DNA from: Mobula hypostoma
Taxonomy: Eukaryota
NCBI RefSeq assembly: GCF_963921235.1
Contig: NC_086107.1
Location: forward strand, 112,036,001-112,100,000
DNA length: 64,000 nt
Direction of reading: 5' to 3'
Notes under the pieces: generated by a model
The model's database searches: none
What the model was told of the DNA's origin: nothing
What the model saw: the letters and a program-made list of their open reading frames with translations, nothing else
In this document: piece by piece, positions 36,141 to 47,544 of the stretch
Layout: every line of letters begins with the position of its first letter
Numbering within the stretch: the stretch's first letter is position 1
Made by a program: the position numbers and the translations under genes

Positions 36141-38813
36141 TCTTTTTTTTTGCTTCAGCTGGCCCCCAATGAGGGTGGGTGGTAAAATAGGATCATAAGA
36201 TTCATATGGCTGGTCAGTTCACCATGTCCACCCCAATCATCAAGAACCCTTTTGCAATTCACCAGCACTTGCTTCATAGCATATTATGTTTAGGTGATTG
36301 AAGTGCGCCTCCAGCTGCTTCTTACACGTTGTTAAGGGTAAGATCAAGTTTTATTATCATTCAAACATACATAAATATAGCCAAGCGAAACAGCGTTCTT
36401 CTGGGGCCAACGTGCAAATCACATTACCAACATCACACAGCACAAATAGCACTTCTAGATAAGACTTCAGAAAAACATACAAAGAAAAAAAATATATAAT
36501 CTCTCTGCCTCCACCAGTACCTTCAGCAGTGCGGTCCACATTTTAAGCCCCTCTGGGCGAAAAATATTCTTCCTCAGTTTCTTGCTAATCCTCTTACTTG
36601 TCAGTTTAAACCTGTGCCCTCCAGTGTAAGTCATGGGGAAAAGTTTCCTGCTACCTACCCTCTCATAATTTTGGATAACTCTGTCAACCTCCTCGGTTTC
36701 AAGGAAAGCAAGCGCAGGCCCATACAGTCAAGAGGAGACATTCCATCCTGAACAACATCCTGACAAATTTCCCCTGTACTATCTGCAGTGCAATCATGCC
36801 TTTTGTATAGAGGGGCAACCAGAACTGCACATGGTACTCCAAATGTCACCTAACCAATAGTCTATATTTGGGGAGATGAGGTTGATGGAAGTGGGAAAGG
36901 TAAATTGGGATTGATGACAGGGGTAGACTCAATGAACCAAAGGACTCAATGTCCCTGCAATTCGACTCATACTCCATTATACAGGGAGGCAAATCAGTGG
37001 ATATTATCAACGAAACCGCAGATGGTGAAAATGTGTGTAAAAAAAAAAAAAATCAGAAGATGCTTGAAACACTCAGCAGGCCAGGCAGCATCCATGCAGA
37101 GAGAAACTTAAAATCTCAGGCCTGGGAAGCTTCAGCAAGCAGGTTGAGAAGTAGCAGTAGTAATGGGAAATCTTGGTGTGGATGTCACAGGTGGCAGAAA
37201 TTTGGATGAGCTACACTCTACAAAGTGGAATATGAGAAACCGACCACAATGTGTTGTCATAGGATCACAGGTAGGATTGGGATTCAGAAGTGGGTTAGTG
37301 GCTGGTGTCCTGATGAAGGATCTCAGCCAGAAACATTGACTATTTATTCCTCTCCCTAGATGCTGTCTTGCTGGGCGGTGGTGTAGTGGCATCAGCACCG
37401 GACATCGAGGCAAATGGTCATGGGTTAGCATCCAGTGGCTCCTTGCATGCTTTTCCATCTGTGTTGAGTGTTGAGCTAGCAATTTGGCCTCGTAAAAACA
37501 GACAAATGCTGAAGAAACGGCACGGTTGCTACACAATGCACCACAAGGTGCGGAGAGGAACAACAATAGATGCTATCTGGCATGCAGAGTTCCTCCGGCA
37601 GTTTGTGTTGCTCAAGGTTTCCAGAACCTGCAGAATCTCTTCTGTTAGTGGGTACAATTAATGGTCTGAGGGTAGGGGGGGGGTGAAGGTCTAACAATCT
37701 GACTGAGAAATTCAATCTCTTTTGTTTGATCCACAACTAATGGGTCAGAATTTCCTCACAAAAACATGGCATTCACCAGAACCAAAATTGTTGGGAAATT
37801 ATCAACAGACAAATCTTTGGGATAAAACTTGCAGTTACAGGGAAAATGTCTGAACTCAGGCAGAGAGTACCCAAGGTAAGGATTGAACCTGGGTCCCTGA
37901 TACTGTGAGGCCGGAATCCTCCTAGTTGCGTCAGTGTGCCACCCATGACCGACTCTGGTCAGGGTTTGAACCTGTGAGCTTCTAACTCCCAGATGAATTG
38001 TAACCCATATGACCACAAGTCCATAAGATATAGGAGGAGAATTAGGCCATTTGACCCATCGAGTCTTCTCCACCATTTCAGCATTCCTCTTAACCCCAAT
38101 CTCCTGCCTTCTCCATGTATCCCTTCATGCCCTGGACTATCAAAATCCATCAACCTCTGCCTTAAATATCCATAAAGACTTGATGATGAATTCCACAGAT
38201 TCACTGCCTTCTGGAAATGTTCCAAGTAGCTAATGGAGGAACACAGGGGTCTGTTGAAGCTACAACTGAAAGGTCTAACTTACTAATGGTGTTAGTCACC
38301 AATTTAGGTGGGACAGGCAGACTGGAAGGTCTCACCTAACCTTTAACCTCACGTCTCTCAGACTATGTGTTTTCTGGGTAGCTGCTGGGTTAACTTCTGA
38401 CAGGGTAATAGTATTGGTTTTATTGGAGATTGATCTCCTGAAGCTGATTTGGAACTCGCTGGTCCCCTTAGTTCATCATCTAACCGGGCAGCCTGGAGGA
38501 CCGCAACTGCTGGGTGTTGGAGCGTAAACCAGTGCATCACAAGAAGACACCCTTCGGCCCACAATGACTACGCCGACCATGATGCCAATATTCTGCTGCC
38601 CATCCATTTGCCTGTCTGAATGCCTGTTAAACGTCGCTGTCGTGTCTTTGGTGTGTGGGCAGGTCTGTGGGGAAAGCAGAGTTGCAAGACCAAGGTTCAT
38701 TGATTGGTGGACTGCACCTGACGGGCCGAATGGTCTCATCCCAATGATGTTACTAGGTGTGGGATGCCCCCCCCCCCGCAAATACCCAGCCGCTTTCCCC
38801 TGGCTCACTCACC

Positions 38814-39203
38814 TCACGCAGCCCACCCCCGCCACCTCTTGACGGGCTTCCTCGCGTGGAACTCCCTCACCGCCCGCTCGTTCTTGAAGGCTACCAGGGC
38901 GAGGGTGATGGCGGCGTTCCAGGAGCTGGCATCCTCGCATCGGAAGTCGATCTCCCGCCAGTCGGTGGTCACGATGGTGAAGTAGACACGCGTGCCCTTC
39001 CTCTCCACGCACTCCAGCTTGCGGATGGTGTCGAAGCTCAGCTCCTTGCAGCGACAGCCCCTGCCATCGCCGTCGGTCAGCAGCAGGCTGTCCCGGGTCA
39101 GTGTGCACTGCTTCTTCTTCCAGAGCTGCAGCAGGCTCTCGCTCCGCTTCTCCAGTGCCCCGACTTTAATTGCCCCTCTGGACGCCACAGTCAGCCCCTT
39201 CAT
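38814..39203 (-). CDS. Pleckstrin homology-like domain family A protein (PHLDA2/PHLDA3-like, PH-domain only, 129 aa)
   Basis: Intact, GC-rich single-exon ORF with the PHLDA motifs G.LEKRSESLLQLWKKK, KELSF, CVE, YFTIVTTD.REIDFRC and WNAAITLALV.FKN. Confidence 0.93.
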   Translation of the reverse strand: MKGLTVASRGAIKVGALEKRSESLLQLWKKKQCTLTRDSLLLTDGDGRGCRCKELSFDTIRKLECVERKGTRVYFTIVTTDWREIDFRCEDASSWNAAITLALVAFKNERAVREFHARKPVKRWRGWAA

Positions 39204-39409
39204 CTCTCTCAGCAGCTCAGTTCGCAGAGGATCGACTAAATAGAAAACCAGCGCTCAGAACCACTAGGCACACAGCATTGGTTTGACCACAGGCTGACTA
39301 ATGATAGCTCTCCCCACTGTCTCTGCCCAGCTGATTTCCCCTTTCTGAGCCTCTAAATGGATCAGACAGTGAGATCCAGCATTAGGCTCCACCTCTTGCT
39401 GTTGACATC

Positions 39410-39465
39410 AGCCGCTATTTAACAGGAGGTCTCCCCCTTCTTTAACTCCTTCAGGTCTGAGTCAG
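39410..39465 (-). promoter_or_regulatory. Possible proximal promoter of the PHLDA gene
   Basis: TATA-like TTAAATAG (- strand, ~39415-39422) and AP-1 motif TGAGTCA (39458-39464) about 210-260 bp upstream of the ATG, at the edge of non-repeat DNA. Confidence 0.3.
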
Positions 39466-40334
39466 TGAGCTGTCAGAACGACCAGGCTCTTGAACAAAGG
39501 GGGATAACGACACTCATTTGCCCCATCATTGAAATATTCCCACAACCAATGCTTGCACTTCAAAGTACTCTTTATCTTGTTATCTCATGTTCCCGTTATT
39601 TATTTGTATTTTCACAGTTTATCTTCATTCTCCTGAGCTTTCTTTAATCCTGTTATAATTACTAACCTAGAGATTCGCTGAGTATGACCACAAAAAATGA
39701 ACCTCAGGATTGTACACGGTGACATATAGGTACTTCGATAATAAAATTTACTTTGAATTTTACTGCCCTTGGGTTTGCCAGCGCATCGAGAAGTCCGAGG
39801 AGGAACGCTGCTGACTGGCACATTCACATTCAAGGTTGGTGCAGGCATTGTGACAGTTCGGTGGGGAAAGAGCACAGCCTCTCGTCTAAGGCTGTGCCCT
39901 CTGGTCCTACACCCACCCACTATAGGAAGCATCCTCCCTACATCCAGTTTATCCAGACCTTTCAATATTTGACAGGCTTCAATGAGATCTCCGCTTATTC
40001 TACACTCCGGTGCAATTTAGTGCAACGAACAAGACTGGAGGAAGTTAATAGGACAGCTAGTATCTTTGGAGGAAAATGGACAGTCGGTGTTTCAGGTTAA
40101 AACCTTGTCTGCATCGATCTGAGACTTTGTACTTTTCCCTCCACAGATGCTGCGGATGTGCTGAGTTCCTCCGGATACTTTTTTTGAATTAAAAAAAACT
40201 GTGTTGGTCTATTAATAGGAATAATATCTAACAGACTGGGAAAAGAAACTGCCAGTTCAACACTACCTAGTCCTGATGCTGCCTAATTATCAGAGCTCTT
40301 ACCTTAATTACAAATCTGTACTCAATGGTGGTGG

Positions 40335-40715
40335 GGGGAGAATCTCATTAAAACGATCAAAATATTGACAGGTCTAGGGAGAGGGGACGTGGATAGGATG
40401 TTTCCTATTGTGTGGGAGTCTAGGATCAGAGCGCACAGTTTCGCAATGGAAGGATGTCACTTTAGAACAGAGATGAGGAGGAATTTCTTTAGCCAGAGGG
40501 TGGTGGATCTGTGGAATTCATTACCACAGGCGGCTATGGAGGCCAAGTCACTGGGTATATTTAAAGCGGAGATTGATAGGTTCTTGATTAGTAAGTATGG
40601 CAAAGGTTGCAAGAAGGCAGGAGAATGGGGTTGAGAGGGATAATAAATCAGCCATGATGGAATGGCAGAGCAGACTTGATAGGCTGAATGAATGGCCTAA
40701 TTCTTCTCCTATGTC
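40335..40715 (+). mobile_element. CR1 LINE 3' fragment
   Basis: RTEMRRNFFSQRVVDLWNSLP plus the CR1 3'UTR. Confidence 0.8.
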
Positions 40716-41324
40716 TATAGATTCTCTTTATGGTAGGAAATCGGATGTTTGGTTTATTTGACACAAGAGCCATAGTAATGCAATTGATTCTTGACTGATC
40801 TCCAATATGACTTGATCAGTCATATCAAATGTCTTAGAAATATCACTACTTCCAGAGGGGCAATAACTTATTTACTTCAGCCCATCACCTCTACTGGCGA
40901 AATAGGCAAGCTGCTGTCAGTGGCCTTAGTCCTCTGTCCTGGGCCAGGCTTTCACGATGTTTCTGGGAGTAGCCCATCTTCTTGGTGTACTCTTCCTCTC
41001 CCAGGGTTGAGGTTGTTGAAGCTTCTATTGGCATTTCTGTAGTGCTAGGTATTTACGGGATGGTGTTGCTAGACCCCATGCCCAACTCTCCCCCTTTCAC
41101 AACCAGGCTTGGACTGTACATGGTAGAGTTATGGGGTCATAAGGAATTGAAATTTTACAACATCCCATGTATGAATAGAGGGAGGCTAAATGCACATGTT
41201 TGGTGGGGGGGGGGGGGTAGGTGGTCGAAGAGGAAGGGAAATTAACCAAAGATGAAGCTCTGAATTCTTTCTATTCCATGCAAGTGGTATGTAGAGGGCG
41301 CAAATTTAAAGATCAAGGAAAAAC

Positions 41325-41910
41325 GAAAATCCTTTCAACGGTTCACCTGCGACTGTGTGGCCTCCTGTATATCAATGTAGATTGGCTTCATGCTTCACCG
41401 AGCACCTATGCCCTGTCTGCCTGAAAAAGTGGCATCTCACAGTGGCCACTTTTTTCAATTCTACTTCCCATTCCAACACGTTAATCCTCTACTTCCATAA
41501 GACCAAACTCAGGCTGGAGGAGCAACACCTTGTATTCCACCTGGGTAGCCTCTATCCTGCTGGGATGAACATCAATTTCTCTGGTAATTAACCCTCTCGC
41601 ACTCTTTTCTTCACCATTCCTCATTCCAGTTTCCCTCTCTCACCGTATTACCTTACCTCCCTTCCATGGTCTTCTGCCCTCTTCTATTAGATTCCTTTTC
41701 TCCATCTTAAATCACCAATCAACTTCCCAGCCCTTTACTTCTTCCCTCCTATCACCTTGTACTTCTTCCTCCCCATCCCCTCACTTTCTTACTTCTCTTC
41801 CTTTCCAGTCCTGATGAGGGGTCTCAGCCCAAAACAGTGACCATTTACTCTTTTTCATAGATGCTGCCTGGCCTGCTGAGTTACTCCAGCATTTTGTGTT
41901 TGGTGCTTTA
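41325..41910 (+). mobile_element. Penelope-like element 3' part
   Basis: CGLLYI...KLRLEEQHLVFHLGSL and a hammerhead-like motif at 41806-41843. Confidence 0.75.
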
Positions 41911-44900
41911 GATTTTGTCATGTTTGTGAACCTTTTGCACAACTAGTTGCTGTGGCCTGGAATACAGTGCCAACACAGGCTGTGTATCAGATTCATAGTA
42001 AACACATGGAAACCAATATGCTTGAAGGTGCATCATTTGCAATGTTCAAGGACAGATCCAAAAACAGAGGGACTAATTGGAAAGCTTTGTAGAAACCTGG
42101 CATGGGCACAACAGACAATGCCAGCTTTGGACCAGTTCCAAATCCGAGCCTTGACAGGTCAGGGAAAGGGATCGAGTCGAGACCAGATGGCTCCCGCAAA
42201 GCAGGAAGTAAGATCAGCTGGTCAAACCAGGCTGGCATTTGTCACAGGTGGCACTCATCTGACAGGCTTGACCTTCCTCTGTTAGAGTAGTAAGGGTGGC
42301 TAAATTGGGCAGGGAGAGCTAATACCCAGCCAGTGGCATAAATCTACTCACTGCTTACTGTGATCGCTGCATCAGGTGACACAGGTATAGAATAAAGCTG
42401 TCTGTGGCCAACCACTGCAAATTAATTTGGTTGTGGGCTGCACTGCCTGTTATTGGTTGGGTTCTTAAATCTTCAGGTATCCCTGTGGGTAGCCAACTTA
42501 TCACAGAGTCAGAAGGTTATCGGTTTGAGCCCTCCTCCAGAGACTCCAACACAAAATCTGGGCCATTATCTTTTACTGGGCATCTTGGCCTGGGTTTTTG
42601 TGTGTTTAGAGGTTTGATATATAATTACTTCTAAAGTTGAGATACCAGCCTCCATAGTATTCAAGATACCTTCCAGGAGTGGTGCCTCAAAAAGGCAGTG
42701 TCCATCATTAAGAACCCCACTCAGGATAGGCCTTCTTCTCATTGTTACCATCAGGAAGGAGGTACGGAAGCCTGAAGGCATACACTCAGTGATTCAGGAA
42801 CAGCTACTTCCTCTCTGCCATCTGATTTCTGAATGGACATTGAACCCAGGAACACCATCTCATTACTTTAAAAATTTGTTTCTGCAATACTTATTTTAAT
42901 TTAACTACTTAATATACATACATGTAAATCAATCTTTTTCTATATTTATCATGTATTGTGCTGCTGCCTCAAAGTTAACAAACTTCACAACATATGCTAG
43001 AGATATTAAACCTGATTCTGATTATCAGGTGGCCCACTGGCAGAAGATTGGTAATCAGATCGTTGGGACTTGTAATAGTTCTCAATTCCTAATCAGGAAG
43101 TGGAAACCAGGCCTGCATGGACCCCATTTCTCTTAACTGGTTAGAAATTAAGAAACAATAATCACCATCATGTAGAGCAGGGGTTCCCAGTCTTTTTTTA
43201 TAACATTATTATCCAGGTCGGGAAACACTGATGTAGGGGGATTTAGGGGCCTGTGCAAGTGATTAAGCAACACAATCTCCTATTATTGAACACACTACCA
43301 ACCAACCAGATGCAACAACATACTTAGTATCTTAACATTGATTAAATGTCTACAACCATAAATCTGATCAAAATCAATGTGGCACAAAAGAAAAAGGGAA
43401 AGTTCTTTAACTCGCTGTTATTTCTAAACCAGAGCCAGACCAATCATCTCAAGTCTTTGGCAAGACAGCATTTGGCTCCCCATAATCTCCAGCCAACACC
43501 CTGCTCCCTGTTAGGGCATTTTTTTTGGGAGGTTAGCACATATAACAAATAACTGCAGCAACTGACTTCAGCCACCAGTCTTCAAATATGAATACAAATT
43601 TTAAAATGCAGCACTGAGTTCCTAAAAGCCATGAATCACAGTTAATGGGAAGACAGTTAATGATGATTAAAATGCATTCAGGCATCTGAGGTGCGAGTGT
43701 GAAGTTTGTGTGTAGTTCAAAGGAAGCATTGTGAATGTATTGGAAATATGGAATTGTCCTTTGATCCTTAGCACGTAAAATGTCGTGTAGCATTGAGTTG
43801 AGTAGACTGCTTAGTCTGAAAGGGTCTCAGTAAAATGCCTGCTGTGTCTCATTTTGTCCAATAAAGAGACAACTTCATGTCTACCAGTACTTCTCTCTGG
43901 TGACTTTGATCATGCAACAACACACCCCACTCTCAAACTATCTGAAAAAATTTACTCAAGAAAGATTGGCCCTAATAAAAACAAATTAAAAAAAAATTGG
44001 AATGAATCTCTAGTTCTTTTACATCCATGGGGCATTAAACCTTTAAGACCCCCATTAATTCCCTTGCCATTCCTTTCTATACCTTTCCTGCATTACCTTA
44101 AGATCCCTTTCCTATGAGCACATCTCTTCCTAGCATTTGAGTTAAAGCTATGTCTCCAGACTTTAAACCTTTAAAACCCTACTTTTATTCCATAATCAAA
44201 TAGTAGCAACTCTTTCTAAAATCCTAAAATTCTTTACCTTGGCACGAGGGCCACCCGCCACATAGAAGCACATCAAGCTCACTCAAAAGTTGTGAGATGG
44301 ACATCTTATCCTAAAACTTAAAATTATTATTAATTGTAATATCAAATAGTCAAATCAAATGAGTAGTGCAAAAACAGAGATTAAAAGTAGTGAGGTAGTG
44401 ATCATGGTTTACAACTTTCTGCAGCTTACTTTGATCCTTTGCAGTAGCCCCCCCCCACCCCCACCCCAGACAGTGATGCAGCCAATCAGAATGCTCTCTA
44501 TGGTACATCTGTAGAAATTTGCAAGTGTTTTAGGTTCGAAATCTCCTGGGGTGAAGTAAAGATCTTTCACCCATCAACTTCCCAGCTCCTTACTTCACCC
44601 TTCCCCCCGCCCAGTTTCACCCATCACCTACACCTTGTACTTCCTCCCCTTCCCCTACCTTCTTACTGACTTTCATTTTCTCACCCCCCACACCCCCCAG
44701 TCCTGATGAAGGATCTCAGCCTGAAATGTTGATCGTTTACTCTTTACCACGGATGCACCCTGGCCTGCTGAGTTTCTCCAGCATTTTGTGTGCATTGCTT
44801 TGATTTCCAGCATCTGCAGATTCTCTCTCATTTGTGAATCTTGGAAGCTTATAGATTCATGCAGCATTGCTGCAATCTTAGCACAGTCCAGACAATCACT

Positions 44901-46024
44901 CTCAGTACAACATGAAGCATGTGCTACATGGTTTGGACAAGATTATAAATAGAAGAGGCCTTTTTGAATGGTAGCAAATTTTTCTTAATGTCTTTGGTCA
45001 TTACTGGTTATAATTGGTCATTCAACTGTTACTATTTCTGCAATACTACAGAGTGCAAATTAAAATTACATCAGTAAGCCTCCAGAGGCACAGCCAGAAG
45101 TATTACAGCGTGTGGAGATTGCACATATTCTGTGATCGCATGGGTTTCTCTCCAGGTGCTGCAGTTACCTCCCGCATCCCAAATACATAATTGTCAGTAG
45201 GTTAACCAGTTATTAGAATCTGTCAGAAGGAAAACTGAATCACATATGAGAAAATCTGCAGGTGCTGGAAATCAAAGCAATACACACAAAATACTGGAGA
45301 AACAGTTGACATTTCAGGCAGAGACCCTTCATCGGGACTGGTGAAGAGCCTCAGCCCGAAATGTTGATCTATTTACTCTTTTCCACAGATTCTGCCTGGC
45401 CTGCTGTGTTCCTCCAGCATTTTGTGTGCGTTATAAGTTAAATTGATGGGGGACATGGTTGCTCCATGAGCCAGCAATAGACTTGATCAGCCACATCAGA
45501 AAGAAACCGCAAATTATTTCATTCTCTGCAAATGACCTAATTGGAGTGAAGTCCAGACTGAAAAGCCCAATTCCCTCCCATATAAATTCACAAAAAAAAA
45601 CTACTGAGGCTGGGTTGAGATAACAGCAGCTAGGCAAATCTAGCATGGAACAATACCTCCATAGATGGTGATGCTGGGTAGGTCAGCAAGGACATATATA
45701 CAGAAAGGTGCTGGAAAAAGGCCAGAAGTATCATGAAGGATCCTACCCATGCTGCTCATGGACTGTTTGTCTTTTCTTTCAACAACCCCCATGGCTTTCT
45801 GTATTTCACAGCTATCTGGAGAAGACTAATACCAGCGTTGCATTATACATGCATACTTTATCAATAAAACGTACCTTTGCCCATCAGGGAAGAAGCTACG
45901 TAGCATCCACACCAGGATCACCAGACTCAAAACCAGTCACTTCCCCAAAAGCCGTCAGGCTGATCAACTCCTCCACCCATTGACCCCACTCCACTACTTT
46001 TATTACTTCCCATCAGTCACCTTA

Positions 46025-46562
46025 TGTCATGTGGAGGGTGTGGCTTATTTCAGTCAAAAGCGGCTTCCATCGTGCTGATTGGTTCATTTACAGTCTGCAA
46101 TACTCTTCTCTCCTTCGTTGGCTTACGCGCCACGGCACCCATTTCCGGTTGTAGGCACTCTGGAGATATAAAAAGGTAGCCCCTGTGGTGGTGGTGGTGG
46201 GGTCACCCTCTTTCTTTCTTGCCAGTTACGGAACCCCACTTCAGACTGAGAGATGCGACCAGCACTAAAGGACCACTGAGAAAGACCATTGCATTGATAG
46301 CCCTGCCCCTGCCCCCCACAGTTTGTTTAGTTAAGTAGCATGCTTACTTCTTGGGTTTTAAGATTCGGGGAATTTAGCAGAGTATCCTTAAAGGGCAACT
46401 GAATGTACAGTGTAGTGGTTTGGGGTAGCTTGAGATGAATATTTATTTAGCTAGACACACAATTTAGTTTTGGTGTACATTTTTAAATACTTAACATACC
46501 CATTTTTAAATGGGTCTCCTGTTTCACTCATTGTGTCCCTGAACCTGCTTTCCCATCTTACA
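46025..46562 (+). mobile_element. Solo LTR (538 bp) inserted in a LINE 3'UTR
   Basis: TGTCA...TTACA termini and a CCTTA/TCTTA TSD. Contains ATTGG (CCAAT), TTCCGG (Ets) and TATAAAAA at 46167. Confidence 0.7.
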
Positions 46563-47544
46563 TCTTATGTACAGATACTTCAGTACCTCGCATAAAACTT
46601 TAAGTATACAGTCTATGTAAATAAACTAATCTTACCAATTTATATTTATCATTTTTATAGTGTTCTTTTTGCTTGTTGTGTTTTTTCTTAAATGTTGCAT
46701 CAAATTCTTTTTCTTTTCAAGGTGACTAGGGTTCTGTCAAAGTCCGTGATCTACAGCTGCACTCAAACTTGTGGACGAGACCCTGTTCCCGGAGCTCACC
46801 TACCGGCAGTTTATTTGACACGTCCAGGAGTGGACTGGAAGATGCAGCCCTCTGGTTTGCAGCCCTGCACATGATAAATTCCATGCCAGTGTCACCCAGT
46901 GAGGCATCGCTGGAGAAGGACCAGCACAATTTCACAGCAATGGATGCTCTGTACTCGAGTGATTGCCCCCCCCCCCCCCCGGATGAGAGAGTTTGCCACC
47001 AATTCTTGAGTGGGAGAATCTCGGAATAAAAAGTGACACGGCAGATTGTAACACTGTAACAGCAACCTGCTTGTTAGTCTCCCCATTCCCTATGAAATGG
47101 GTGATATCTCTGTCTGTCCATAGAGAGAGCCTGTGGGACATCAAACTGGTGGATAAACAATAGTTCATGTTGACTGCAGAGCATGGTCTCTTTGGGAGCT
47201 TTGCTATTGCTTGCTGGGTGGATGGTGGGCACTGATCATTTCTGCTGAATGCATGGGGTGGGGGGGGGAAGGAGGGAGGTTGCTGCTTTGCTGCTGCTTG
47301 TGCATGAGAGGAGGAAGAGGGAGGTTTTTGGGTTCTAATGTTTTTCCTGTCATTTATTCTTTGGGGTTCTCTTCTGTTTTCATGGATGTCTGTGAAGAGC
47401 AAGAATTTCAGGTTGTACACCGTATACATACTGATATCAAAATTGAACCACTTGATCCAGAGTTAACAATCACTTCATTCTCTTCACACTCATGTACTGG
47501 TGATTGAAAAAATAATCAATCTTGAAAGAAAACAAGACACATCT

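Noticed and set aside
38757..39243. Plus-strand ORFs of 160, 73 and 83 aa
   Set aside because: Antisense shadows of the GC-rich PHLDA CDS.
39204..39470. p53 response element as in the PHLDA3 promoter
   Set aside because: No paired RRRCWWGYYY half-sites were found by eye.
41950..42400. Possible additional LTR or enhancer upstream of PHLDA
   Set aside because: No convincing TG..CA termini or TSD could be identified.
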